A DNA stretch of 64,000 nucleotides from Anthoceros angustus (GCA_010909165.1 MU008162.1:2108001-2172000), one strand, 5' to 3'. Numbered from the stretch's first letter, positions 46,925-60,900 are shown. Numbers and translations are program-made. The notes: generated from the letters alone by a model not told the origin.

Positions 46925-47688
46925 ACGACTCAGGGCCTCAGGCATTTAGTCCTTCGGCCAGCTCTCTGTATCATACCTGTGTAGCATACTACACGGGGCT
47001 CGCTTAATCTCTCTCTCTTGTCTAGCGATTTTCTCTTGATCTTTCTATGGTCCCGATGTGCTCACTCTTGTCTCGTCATCGTAGCTTTATGGTCTCCATG
47101 TGCTCACTCTGTCTCCTGATTCGCGTTGATAATCGGTGCTACTGCAGAAAGATTGGAATAATTTGACACTCCGTCCAACTAGCCCTGCCTCAAACCTCGT
47201 AAACGTTTTAGAACACAAAAGACGGGCTATCGTAAACGATTTTTCCACAGCCAACCGCTGGGTGTGGAGTGATACTGTGCGTGTCGTGGCCAGGGATGGT
47301 ACAAATCGGTCCAAAAATGGCCATATCCCATCGGAGCTTGGAACATTTCTGGTTCTTCCTCATCTTTCGATTTGAGGAATCCTCGTAGGACATTACTTGA
47401 GACACCGAGATAGGACTTGCTCGGCACATTTGTAACTATTTATTTTACAAAGTGCAGAGTTTATCAAAAACAAAAAAGGCTATATATGTGGTACATGAGT
47501 TCGCTAATTATCGTATTGAAAAGTAATCGTGTGATTACCTATAGATGTTCTGCACTCTTCAAGGCTATAAATCCAACCTTTCATAGAGCTTATTTGGTTG
47601 ATCGGTAAATCATAATAATCCAAGATAAAGTCTTATTCTTTATCTTTCATTTGACTTACGAGGACAAAAGCCAATCCAAGACAAAGTT

Positions 47689-48114
47689 ATGGGTCTTTTT
47701 GAATCTGTTTGTAATCTTCCACTTGACTTACAAGAACAAATTATTATGAAGTATATGAGTAATGTCGAAGCATGGCAAAATTGGAAGTATGTTCCAAAAA
47801 CTCACACTTTGCACATTAACATATGGGGATTTATGAATGGAGATCCAAATATAGAAATCATGGCTTATCAAATATTATTATCACTTCCACATCTTGTGAC
47901 ATCCATTGTTCTCTATTGCCTCTATGAAGTCAACTTTAGACCCTACCATGATGAGATGCTAATTAGTAATAAAGTTTTAGTTGACGAAGATAGAGTCAAA
48001 GATATGGTTGAAAGTCTCAATGAGCTTTATGTATGGTCAAATCTCCTAAAAGTTCAAGACATTATCACCTTTGAAAAGGAAGTCACATATGAAGAATTTG
48101 TGTATCCACTGTAG
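47689..48114 (+). CDS. Orphan ORF (141 aa) carried by the amplified repeat; partial or frameshifted copies at ~51965-52320, 53781-54149, 55621-55895 and 60856-61278
   Basis: The shared peptide AYQILLSLPHLVTSIVLYCLYEVNFRPYHDEMLISNKVLVDEDRV…EKEVTYEEFVYP occurs in five places. Confidence 0.55.
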   Translation: MGLFESVCNLPLDLQEQIIMKYMSNVEAWQNWKYVPKTHTLHINIWGFMNGDPNIEIMAYQILLSLPHLVTSIVLYCLYEVNFRPYHDEMLISNKVLVDEDRVKDMVESLNELYVWSNLLKVQDIITFEKEVTYEEFVYPL

Positions 48115-48369
48115 AATAATGTTTCGTGGTCACATTCAAGCAAGCATGCATGGAAAGGGACGATATATGCCCATTATAACTCTTGGACTAGGAATAATGA
48201 AATCTTGAATCAGCAATGCCCCCCATGAAACCATTCCACAAGCTATGCCATGAAACTCAGATACTTCCTTGCCTAGTCACTGGCTCTAGAGTCCCGAGTC
48301 TGGCGGTGGTCGTGCCATGGATATAACAAATAAGTCCTATATATTTCAGAGCAATATTAATTCCATTGC

Positions 48370-48530
48370 TATGGAGAAGACACTTCGATTCCACCTGTCA
48401 TGTGGAGAAGGCACTTCGATTCTAGACCGTCGTGGAGAAGACAGGATTCTGCGTGGAGAAGATAGCCTCGATTCCACCGTCATGTGGAGAAGACACTTCG
48501 ACTCTAGTCGTCATGTGGAGAAGACGCTTC
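48370..48530. repeat. ~30-bp hairpin-forming minisatellite TGGAGAAGACACTTCGATTCCA (recurs in each unit of the amplified block)
   Basis: 5-7 copies each at ~48370-48530, 52580-52740, 54410-54580, 56162-56340 and 61550-61770; 2 copies at ~57466-57512. Confidence 0.9.
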
Positions 48531-48589
48531 TTGATAGAGTGCATGCCATGGCCATGGATACGATAAATTAGTCCATTAATGTCTAGATC

Positions 48590-51106
48590 CGCACAAGAAT
48601 GAAATGGAATGTCGAGCGGACAAGGAGTTGCGAGCTCTAGGTTTTACAGTAACATAAAGAAATTTTATACGTATACATCAAGAATGATGTAATCACATTT
48701 AGCATTTATGTCGATGACCTCATCCTTGCAACAATTGGACTTTATCTCTTCGATCACGAATCATGGCACAAAAATTCAAGATGTCGACCTTGGACATTTG
48801 CAAAGTTGCTTAGGAATACACATTCAGCGCAACAGAGAAAAAGGATCCTTACCATGACTCATTATATCTGGAAAGTGCAGAGCATTTAGGACTCAAAGAT
48901 GCCAAACTCACGCAACACCTCTTCCAAGTGGTCTCAAGTTGAGCAAAGATATGTCGCCAGCTACATCCGAGAAGGACGATATGAGAAATGCCATAGGCAA
49001 GGTGTGGGCAAACTCATATGTTGCCAATACAACACGACTGTGAGGGCGACTGACAAGTGCTCGTCTCAAGATCTCGAAAACCAAGACACATTGGACTTGT
49101 GTTAAGAGGGTTTTCCAGATCCGAAAGGCACACCAAGGGTATTGTGTATACTCACAAAGATGGTGTGGCAAACTCATATATGTTGCCACACAACACGACT
49201 GAGGTAGCGTACGACAAGTGCTCGTCTCAAGATCTCGAAAACCAAGACACATTGGACTTGTGTTAAGAGGGTTTTCCAGATCCGAAAGGCACCAAGGGTA
49301 TTGTGTATACTCACAAAGATGGTGTGCACCTCGACGTGTACACCGATCCGATGTGACATAGATACGAGGAGGTCGCCAGTTATGTGGTGAGCTATGTCGA
49401 GGACCTATTTGTTGGTCAAGCAAAAAGCAACCAACAGTTGCACTCTCAAGCACAATATCTCCGGAATACAGAGTACTTACACCCATAAGGAGGTTATTTG
49501 GCTAAACCGCTGTTTTGAGCTTGGCATTGAGTTGCTTGCTTGCAAAATCGAACCGACAACCAAGGGTCAATTTCGCTAGCTGAAAATCCCCGCCTTCCAC
49601 TCCTGACAAAGCATGTGGCGTGGAATACCATCGGATTAGAGAGCTACTAGTCAAGCACAATATCTCCGAATACATAGCAACACAAGAAAACCCACCGACA
49701 TTTTCACAAAGGCTTTAGTGGATCTACATGAGAAGCATGTAAAGTTTTTAGGCCTAGGTGACTCCTCAGAGTCCCTAGGTAGTAGTGCATAAAGTCAAGT
49801 CATTCTGGCAGCATTCTAGCTACGGGCACTGAAAAAAGAACATTCATCGTCTGTGTAGTCGTTGAAGTTTGTCTCATCACGAGACTTCAAAGAATAGGAA
49901 TCCCCATCGGATTCCGATTCTCGGCCTGGTGACTCTCCTCCTCATCTTCAAGGATCTGGCTGCTATAGGAGCAAGGTTTTTCCTCCACTCTCCTTGCCGG
50001 CCCAAATCTCTATTGAGGCTCGATTCTTCTTCCAGCGTATGTTGGATCCCCGCCATGATAGTGGGAGCTTAGTGTAGCATCTCACATGCACAACAATAAA
50101 AGATTGCAACGAGTATTGAAGCTGGGATCTTACTATAAGTCGACCACATGAAATGGGTAAGCCCAGAAGCGACCTTGACACGCCTCATCACCTTGGTAAT
50201 CGCCCACATAAACCTGACTACGTAGGGCGCGGATGCTTGATGGAGCCATAAGAGACGATCCGGTCTCCTTGAACAGTCTGCAGCTTAGGAAAGCTAGTCT
50301 CTGGGTTAGTCTCATTTTAAAAGCCGAAATCGGGATTAACAAGATGGGCCTTTACTTGTCGCCGCTTTGGTCCGGATGAGGCGGGCGGCTGCAGCCCGCC
50401 CATGGGCTCACTTGTCCGGGCGGCTCGCCTTGCTAGGACCTCCTTGGTCGTGCCTCCTTCCACGAGGCGACACCTTGTACCCCGCACTGGAGTGCTCACA
50501 TCGTGAGGAACCCGAGCTGTTCTAGTGTGTAAACCCGCCCATGCGGTCCCTAGGCTGATTTCACGCTTGGGTCTGGAGTCTCGAGGAGGCGAAGACATGA
50601 TGCTCCCGCTCGCACTCCTTAGCCACGGACAATGAGAACTACACTCAAGCACAGGCGTATGCTATTGTTGAGTAAGCGCACCTTGGTGCGACCACTTCAC
50701 ACCGGTGTCTCCATGCTTTTATTCGGGGGTCAAGCTCGCCCATGGTACTCCGCTGCAAAGAACTAGGGCGAATACCGCTGCCAGACAAACAGAGTCAAGG
50801 GACACACAAGGAACCCACGAAGAGAAGACAAGTCATGATCAACAAGTGGGAGTGAAGGAATAATTATTGTTTATGTGTTGACTCATGCTAGGGTTATGTT
50901 ACCTTAGTTTAGTTAACCTATCGATGTGTAAACTAGGTCTAGTCACCTAGTACCCTTCGGTAGGGTTGTGACTCTTACGAGTAGACGTAACACTTGGTAT
51001 CTTAATTAGGTTGTTTTAAGCATAAGCAAGTTACTCTTTATTTGATCTTTCAATTCAATCAATAATGTAATTGTGTTTTATTAATTCAATTCACATAAAA
51101 TCTTCA
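48590..51106 (+). mobile_element. Ty1/Copia retrotransposon 3' portion: decayed RT-RNase H, ~1.1-kb extra region, PPT and 3' LTR
   Basis: SIYVDDLILA (~48701-48730), KFKM.DLG, WTCVKR.F…KGT..GIVY, SKKQPTVALSST, KEVIWL, ENPAFH..TKH and ENPTDIFTKAL. Purine tract AAGTGGGAG directly before the LTR. Confidence 0.9.
50853..51106 (+). repeat. Copia 3' LTR (254 bp)
   Basis: Starts TGAAG right after the PPT and ends CTTCA (5-bp inverted termini); AT-rich. Confidence 0.75.
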
Positions 51107-51964
51107 AAACGTCCAGTGCCACTCCTTGACCAGCTCCCCGCCTCCAGCCCGTCAAGTCCGGTAGTGACGATGTTGCGCTCCACCAAGTGCCATGGCTCCC
51201 AAACCTCGCCGCCTTCTTGGGTCCCATCCTCCGCCTCCTCCCCCCGTGGCGTGAAGCTCCACAATCTTTCGCTCGAGCAGGCGTTAGTTGCTTCAGCATC
51301 GTGCCAAAGGGTGCCTGAGCGATCAAAAAGACAACACCAGAGGGCCGGGTGTCTTAGCGCGAGAGAATACGAAGATCGCTGCAAAGTTGCTTGGAAGAAT
51401 GACCTCCGCCTTGCCTCTCACCAAGTGAATGTGAAGTCAAATCCAGGAGGCGGCCGCCATCGCTATCAAGTGAAGCGCCGAGCTCGCATGGCTTACTCCC
51501 GCCTTACGCTTCCGCTTACACACTACGACGGCCTTCGCGCCTCGGCATTATACAGCCTTCGCCCATGCGCGTACTCTAGTCTTACGCCAGTGAGCGTCAA
51601 TACCTACCTATAAACCAGGCAACCACGGTCTGGCTCGTGATGCCCGTCTTCCACTCAGTTCCATCCACGTGGCGCCGCACTGTCTAACTCACGCCCCAAC
51701 TTCTAAGTTACCTTACTGGCGTACTTATCGGTGAGCCAGGTAGTGGGGTCCGGACTTATCCCGACCCTCCGGTCGTGATCCGGGGTCACTGGAAGTGCTG
51801 CATGGAGTGCAGTTGCCTGCACTGCCGAGTCCGCTGATTGTAGTCGAACCGCAGTCCGGGTGCAAGTCGATCTTCGCCCGCCACTTTCCGCCTTATTTTA
51901 CACTCCATACCTCTGAAAAAAATAAGTGACTTGTTCCTAACCCCAAGGAGAGCCGTTGTCCACA
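51107..51964 (-). mobile_element. Terminal fragment of a second, diverged copy of the TG..CA-ended element seen at 1-4151
   Basis: Minus-strand WEPWHLVERNIVTT vs LEAWTPVEKNITTK. Shares TACCTACCTATAA, TCCACGTG, CCTTATTT, an A-run and the terminal TCCACA with the first copy. Confidence 0.6.
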
Positions 51965-54900
51965 ATGAGTAATGTCGAAGCATGGCAAAATTAGAAGTAT
52001 GTTCCAAAAACTCACACTTTGCACATTAACATATGGGGATTTATGAATGGAGATCCAAATACGTAAATCATGGCTTATCAAATATTATTATCACTTCCAC
52101 ATCTTGTGACATCCATTGTTCTCTATTGCCTCTATGAAGTCAACTTTAGACCCTACCATGATGAGATGCTAATTAGTAATAAAGTTTTAGTTGACGAAGA
52201 TAGAGTCAAAGATATGGTTGAAAGTCTCAATGAGCTTTATGTATGGTCAAATCTCCCAAAAGTTCAAGACATCATCACCTTTGAAAAGGAAGTCACATAT
52301 GAAGAATTTGTGTATCCAGAGAATAATGTTTCGTGGTCACATACAAGCAAGCATGCATGGAAAGGGACGATATATGCCCATTATAACTCTTGGACTAGGA
52401 ATAATGAAATCTTGAATCAAGAATGCCCCCATGAAACCATTCCACAAGCTATGCCATGAAACACTATACTTCCTTGCCTCTCTAGCTGGCTCTAGAGTCC
52501 CGAGTCTGGCGTGTCGTGGCCATGGATACAACAAATAAGTCCTATATATTTCGTAGCAATATTAATTCCACCGCTTGCTATGGAGAAGACACTTCTATTC
52601 CATTTTGTATGTGGAGAAGACACTTCGATTCCTTCGTTGTGGAAGACAGATCGATTCCACTACTACATGGAGAAGACACTTCGACTCTAAGCCGTGTGGA
52701 AGACACTTCGACTCTAGTTGCTCGTGAGAAGACGCTTCTTGATAGAGTGCATGCCATGGCCATGGATACGATAAATTAGTCCATTAACGCGTCTAGATCC
52801 GATCGAGCTTGGAGCCCTCTACCGTGGCCATGGATCGACAAATTAGTCAAGTAATGTCTAGATGCGATCAAAGCTTGGAGCCTCTTGGGTTCTTCCGGCC
52901 ATTCGATCTAAGTAATCTTTGTAAGGACATTCTCTTGAGAGACCGAGTAAGGGCGTGTGTTGGGCACGTTTGTAACTTTTATTTTATAAAGCCTTAAATT
53001 TATTAAAACAAAAGAGGATATGTTGTAAATCGATAAGATAATTATTGCAATCGATGTGCATCCTTGTAGAATAATGCTTTGTAGTCACGTATAAGCAAGA
53101 TCGTAAAGGGACCATAAAAATATTCAAGGTGAGGCAATGGAGTCACCATCCAATAGTTTAAGCAAAGAATTTCAAAAGAGACCAGAGTTACCATCAAATG
53201 GTCTAAGATAGGCAGAAGATTGGCTCAAGATAGCGAGATATTTCTAAGGCGAGGGCGATGAAGTCACCATCAAATGTTTTAAGCAAAGAATTTCAAGGCG
53301 TAACCATGAGAGATAGTTACCATTCAATGATGGCTCAAGATAGTGAGACTTTAATGGAAGATCTTCCCACTTGTGATCTCCCAATGCTACGTAGTGGCTC
53401 AATGGGAAGAAAATATTAAAACCAATACCTCAACCTTTTGATACGTAACGTGAAGAAGAAGAAAAGACACTTACTTAACCCTTAAGACACAATCCTACGT
53501 AACCCCGATTGAGAAAATGTATTACTTCATTTACCCATTCGTGGTATTATGTGACTTCATGGCTCCCTCCAAAAATTTGAGAAAGCGTATTACTTCATTT
53601 ACCCATTGGTGGCATCATTGGACTTCATGGAGTGCAGTTGCCTGCACTGCCGAGTCCGCTGATTGTAGTCGAACCGCAGTCCGGGTGCAAGTCGATCTTC
53701 GCCCGCCACTTTCCGCCTTATTTTACACTCCATACCTCTGAAAAAAAATAAGTGACTTGTTCCTAACCCCAAGGAGAGCCGTTGTCCACAATGAGTAATG
53801 TCGAAGCATGGCAAAATTGGAAGTATGTTCCAAAACTCACACTTTGCACATTAACATATGGGGATTTATGAATGGAGATCCAAATACGTAAATCATGGCT
53901 TATCAAATATTATTATCACTTCCACATCTTGTGACATCCATTGTTCTCTATTGCCTCTATGAAGTCAACTTTAGACCCTACCATGATGAGATGCTAATTA
54001 GTAATAAAGTTTTAGTTGACGAAGATAGAGTCAAAGATATGGTTGAAAGTCTCAATGAGCTTTATGTATGGTCAAATCTCCCAAAAGTTCAAGACATCAT
54101 CACCTTTGAAAAGGAAGTCACATATGAAGAATTTGTGTATCCACCGTAGAATAATGTTTCGTGGTCACATACAAGCAAGCATGCATGGAAAGGGACGATA
54201 TATGCCCATTATAACTCTTGGACTAGGAATAATGAAATCTTGAATCGAATGCCCCCATGAAACCATTCCACAAGCTATGCCATGAAACTCAGATACTTCC
54301 TTGCCTCTCTAGGCTCTAGAGTCCCGAGTCCCGGCGCAGTGCGTGTCGTGGCCATGGATACAACAAATAAGTCCTATATATTCGTAGCAATATTAATTCC
54401 ACCGCTTGCTATGGAGAAGACACTTCGATTCCAGCTCACTGATGTGGAGAAGACAGATCTCGATTCCAAATTGTCGTTGTGGAGAAGACAGATCCGATTC
54501 CACTACCGTGAGAAGACACTTCGACTCTAGTCACTGTGAGAAGACACTCGACTCTAGTTGCTCGTTGTGGAGAAGACGCTTGATAGAGTGCATGCCATGG
54601 CCATGGATACGATAAATTAGTCCATTAACGCCTAGATCCGATCGAAGCTTGGAGCCTCTACCGTGGCCATGGATCGACAAATTAGTCAAGTAATGTCTAG
54701 ATGCGATCAAAGCTTGGAGCCTCTTGGGTTCTTCCGGCCATTCGATCTAAGTAAGGACATTCTCTTGAGACCGAGTAAGGACGTGTTGCACGCTTTGTAA
54801 CTTTTATTTTATAAAGCCTTAAATTTATTAAAACAAAAGAGGATATGTTGTAAATCGATAAGATAATTATTGCAATCGATGTGCATCCTTGTAGAATAAT

Positions 54901-57900
54901 GCTTTGTAGTCACGTATAAGCAAGATCGTAAAGGGACCATAAAAATATTTCCAAGGTGAGGGCAATGGAGTCACCATCCAATAGTTTAAGCAAAGAATTT
55001 CAAGGCGTAACGAGTTACCATCAAATGGTCTAAGATAGGCGTAAGATTGGCTCAAGATAGCGAGATATTTCTAAGGCAGATGAAGTCACCATCAAATGTT
55101 TTAAGCAAAGAATTTCAAGGCGTAATCAGAGATAGTTACCATTCAATGATGGCTCAAGATAGTGAGACTTTAATGGAAGATCTTCCCACTTGAGCCTCCC
55201 AATGCTACGTAGTGGCTCAATGTCGGGAAGAAAATATTAAAACCAATACCTCAACCTTTTGATACGATATAGAAGAAGAAGAAAAGACACTTACTTAACC
55301 CTTAAGACACAATCCTACGAAGCCTCCAAGCCATTGAGAAAATGTATTACTTCATTTACCCATTCGTGGTATTATGTGACTTCATGGCTCGCCCAAAAAT
55401 TTGAGAAACGACATTTCATTTACCCATTGGTGGCATCATTGGACTTCATGGAGTGACATCCTCACGTTCCCATCTTTTGTCTTTGCTTCTCATAACATTT
55501 TCCTTTTTGTAAATAGATAAGAATCATTTTACTTTGCTTTTGATACCACTTTCGCTACAAAGCTTGGAAGAGGACATAGTAATATTAAAATATTCAATGA
55601 AACATATAGACGTTATGGAAATGGAGATCCAAATACGTAAATCATGGCTTATCAAATATTATTATCACTTCCACATCTTGTGACATCCATTGTTCTCTAT
55701 TGCCTCTATGAAGTCAACTTTAGACCCTACCATGATGAGATGCTAATTAGTAATAAAGTTTTAGTTGACGAAGATAGAGTCAAAGATATGGTTGAAAGTC
55801 TCAATGAGCTTTATGTATGGTCAAATCTCCCAAAAGTTCAAGACATCATCACCTTTGAAAAGGAAGTCACATATGAAGAATTTGTGTATCCGTAGAATAA
55901 TGTTTCCATTGGTCACATACAAGCAAGCATGCATGGAAAGGGACGATATATGCCCATTATAACTCTTGGACTAGGAATAATGAAATCTTGAATCGAATGC
56001 CCCCATGAAACCATTCCACAAGCTATGCCATGAAACTGTATACTTCCTTGCTCTAATTCTTTGCGCTCTAGAGTCCCGAGTCCCGCAGCAGGGTCGTGGC
56101 CATGGATACAACAAATAAGTCCTATATATTTTACATTAGCAATATTAATTCCATTGCTTGCTATGGAGAAGACACTTCTCGATTCCAGTGCTACATGTTT
56201 GTATGTGGAGAAGACACTTCGATTCCAAATTGTCGTTGTGGAGAAGACAGATCGATTCCACTACCGTGGAGAAGACACTTCGACTCTAGTCACTGTGGAG
56301 AAGACACTTCGACTCTAGTTGCTCGTGGAGAAGACGCTTCTTGATAGAGTGCATGCCATGGCCATGGATACGATAAATTAGTCCATTAACGTCTAGATCC
56401 GATCAAGCTTGGAGCCTCTACCGTGGCCATGGATCGACAAATTAGTCAAGTAATGTCTAGATGCGATCAAAGCTTGGAGCCTCTTGGGTTCTTCCGGCCA
56501 TTCGATCTAAGTAATCTGTAAGGACATTCTCTTGAGAGACCGAGTAAGGACGTGTTGGGCACGTTTGTAACTTTTATTTTATAAAGCCTTAAATTTATTA
56601 AAACAAAAGAGGATATGTTGTAAATCGATAAGATAATTATTGCAATCGATGTGCATCCTTGTAGAATAATGCTTTGTAGTCACGTATAAGCAAGATCGTA
56701 AAGGACCATAAAAATATTCAAGGTGAGGGCAATGGAGTCACCATCCAATAGTTTAAGCAAAGAATTTCAAGACAATGAGTTACCATCAAATGGTCTAAGA
56801 TAGGCGAAGATTGGCTCAAGATAGCGAGATATTTCTAAGGCGAGGACGATGAAGTCACCATCAAATGTTTTAAGCAAAGAATTTCAAGGCAGAACCGCAG
56901 AGATAGTTACCATTCAATGATGGCTCAAGATAGTGAGACTTTAATGGAAGATCTTCCCACTTGACAGTCTCCCAATGCTACGTAGTGGCTCAATGCTGGG
57001 AAGAAAATATTAAAACCAATACCTCAACCTTTTGATACGTAACATAGAAGAAGAAGAAAAGACACTTACTTAACCCTTAAGACACAATCCTACGTAGCTT
57101 CAGTCTCCAAGCCATTGAGAAAATGTATTACTTCATTTACCCATTCGTGGTATTATGTGACTTCATGGCTCGCCTCCAAAAATTTGAGAAACGTATTACT
57201 TCATTTACCCATTGGTGGCATCATTGGACTTCATGGAGTGACATCCTCACGTTCCCATCTTTTGTCTTTGCTTCTCATAACATTTTCCTTTTTGTAAATA
57301 GATAAGAATCATTTTACTTTGCTTTTGATACCACTTTCGCTACAAAGCTTGGAAGAGGACATAGTAATATTAAAATATTCAATGAAACATATAGAATCAA
57401 GAAATTTATGTCTAATGCATCAACATCTATTCATCGGGCATAAGTCTAGTATAGTCTGCTCATTGTGGAGAAGACACTTCACGACTCTAGTTGCTCGGCA
57501 TGGAGAAGGCGCTTGATAGAGTGCATGCCATGGCCATGGATACGATAAATTAGTCCATTAACGTCTAGATCCGATCGAGCTTGGAGCCTCTGGTACAAGT
57601 ACATGGATCGACAAATTAGTCAAGTAATGTCTAGATCACGATCAAAGCTTGGAGCCTCTTGGGTTCTTCCGGCCATTCGATCTAAGTAATCTGTAAGGAC
57701 ATTCTCTTGAGAGGCGAGTAAGGACGTGTTGGGCACGTTTGTAACTTTTATTTTATAAAGCCTTAAATTTATTAAAACAAAAGAGGATATGTTGTAAATC
57801 GATAAGATAATTATTGCAATCGATGTGCATCCTTGTAGAATAATGCTTTGTAGTCACGTATAAGCAAGATCGTAAAGGACCATAAAAATATTTCCAAGGT

Positions 57901-60900
57901 GAGGGCAATGGAGTCACCATCCAATAGTTTAAGCAAAGAATTTCAAGAACCACGGAGTTACCATCAAATGGTCTAAGATAGGCAGAAGATTGGCTCAAGA
58001 TAGCGAGATATTTCTAAGGCGAGGGCGATGAAGTCACCATCAAATGTTTTAAGCAAAGAATTTCAAGGCGAACCCCATGAGATAGTTACCATTCAATGAT
58101 GGCTCAAGATAGTGAGACTTTAATGGAAGATCTTCCACTTGCCAGGTCTCCCAATGCTACGTAGTGGCTCAATCTTTGGGAAGAAAATATTAAAACCAAT
58201 ACCTCAACCTTTTGATCGAATATAGAAGAAGAAGAAAAGACACTTACTTAACCCTTAAGACACAATCCTATTTAGCTTGCCTCTCAAGCCATTGAGAAAA
58301 TGTATTACTTCATTTACCCATTCGTGGTATTATGTGACTTCATGGCTCCTGCCTCCAAAAATTTGAGAAACGTATTACTTCATTTACCCATTGGTGGCAT
58401 CGTTGGACTTCATGGAGTGACATCCTCACTGCTCCATCTTTTGTCTTTGCTTCTCATAACATTTTCCTTTTTGTAAATAGATAAGAATCATTTTACTTTG
58501 CTTTTGATACCACTTTCGCTACAAAGCTTGGAAGAGGACATAGTAATATTAAAATATTCAATGAAACATATAGAATCAAGAAATTTATGTCTAATGCATC
58601 AACATCTATTCATCGGGCATAAGTCTAGTATAGTCTGCTCATTGACCAAAGGTGGTCCTTGGGTCCTATTTTAGATCGTACTAGGACCGTCCCCCAGAAA
58701 GAGGGGCCCGGGCCCGGGACGTGGTCAAAAAATGCCTTGCTTCGTATCATATTTGTGAATGGCAGTGAGTAGTACATATGGGAAGGTGAAAGTGAAGTTA
58801 TCTACTAAAAGCTTTTCCTTTTGCTCCATCCTTATGGATAAACATGTCATGTATGAAGATCATAAGCTTATCTTGTTAGAGAATTTGGAGACTTTATATG
58901 TAGATATTTCAAAGTGTAGAGAATTTGGAGACTTTACATAGATATTTCAAAGTGCAAAGAATTTGGTATTGATATTTCAAAGTGTACATCAAGTCCCTTG
59001 CTTTGGAAGTTTAATGTTTGATATGGAGTAGGCCGTAGGGCACTAACAAGCGGACAAGGGCATGATTTATAATCCACGGGGCCATGGAGCTAGGAATGGA
59101 TGCCACCCACCAGTATCGATCCGTCCCAAGGACGCTTTCAAGACTGTGGAGTTCCAGTGAACTAAGTCTGCATGCCACTCCTTGAAGGGAGGACCACAAG
59201 AAGTATATCACCCATGAAGTGCATGCCACTCCTTGAAGGGAGGACCACAAGAAGTATATCACCCATGAAGTGCATGCCACTCCTTGAAGGGAGGACCACA
59301 AGAAGTATATCACCCATGTCAAAGCGTTGACCCCTAATTGACGGGCTTTTCTAGGATCTTTTAATCGAATAAATCTGAAAATTACCCTACTAAGCTACAC
59401 ATATTTTACGATTATTGAGGACCTCGTTGAATTCTTGAGTTATTGCGTGCTTAACTTACTGATCATGTCTCGACGGGAGTGCACTCCTCCTTCTTGAGTC
59501 CATGCACACATGACAACTATGCCACTATGACCGCCCTCAAGCCCGCAATGAGTGTTCATCCTCGCTGCCTCGCTTATGGAGGAGGCCTTCCCGATCCTTG
59601 ACCGCAAACCTAATAGTACGTTCTAAGAAATTCCCAAAGGCAAACGACTAGCGAGTTGGAAGGGCTAAACTACATGTCGTCTATTTGGCCAGCCCGCAAC
59701 GCCTTAGGGCAACGGAATCCCATCCCACAACATTGCGGCTTCACTCGTTTGTATCCTAGTTCGCAGTAACAGGCCACCGTTACACACATGGGTGTTTCAA
59801 ATTGGCATGGAGTAGTGGAACCACGTCATGAGGATTTATGAAGGTGTCCGCGTATGGCAACATCGAAAATCAAGGTCACCTTTATCGCAAGAAGAAAATC
59901 CAAGGTCACCTTGGAAGAAAATCCAAGGTCACGCGGCAGCAAATCAAGGTCACCTTTGCTGCAACACAAGCTCAAATTGGGCTTCAAGGGTCTTACTAGC
60001 CATTGGCAAGGTCATCCAAACCACCGCCGCAACAAAACCAACAAGTTTCTACCGCACCCAAGTTAAGATTTTGAGTAGAAAATAGGTTGGAGACCCAAGG
60101 AACAATGTTTCTTTTGCCTCTTCACAAATTAGATGCAATTGATAATTTGGGGCTGCAGCTTACTAGTATCTCCACGCCCAGCCCCACCTGTTGTGTTCAT
60201 AAGCTGGAGTGAAAACTGGAGAAGTGTTCAAAATTCTTCCGGATCTTGCTAATCTGGCACTGTAGAACTCCTTCTTGCTGCATCCAGGTATGGCCCTGAC
60301 CATCCCAAGTGGCTAGGCCCCTTCTCCGCCAACACTCCATCATACGAAGGAGAATTCCGCTGGCTACGACTGCGGCCGGGCCTATCCGCGACCGAGACAT
60401 TCGCCAAGAACAGGGAGTTGGAGGTGATCCATGCTGGGCTATGTCGTGGAGTGCCGTGCGTGCGGGGGACACTAAATCGGTCCGAAATGCCCAAATCCGA
60501 TCGGAGCTTGGAACATCTCGGTTCTTCCTCATCTTCGATTTGAGGAATCCTCGTAGGACGTTGACTTGAGACACCGAGATAGGACTTGCTCGGCACATTT
60601 GTAACTATTTATTTTACAAAGCACAGAATTTATTGAAAAAAAAGGTGGCTATATATGTGGTATATGGGTTCACTAATTATCGTATTGAAAAGTAATCGTG
60701 TGATTACCTATAGATGTTATGCACTCTTCAAGGCTATAATTCCAACCTTTCATAGAGCTTATTTGGTTGATCGGAATCATAATAATCCAAGATAAAGTCT
60801 TATTCTTTATCTTTCATTTGACTTCTGAGGACAAAAGCCAATCCAAGACAAAGTTATGGGTCTTTTGAACTGCTTTGTAATCTTCCACTTGACTTACAAG

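Noticed and set aside
59690-60170. Helitron 3' end (hairpin + CTAG)
   Set aside because: Several CTAG sites exist, but none has a convincing GC-rich hairpin at the right distance or a matching repeat boundary.
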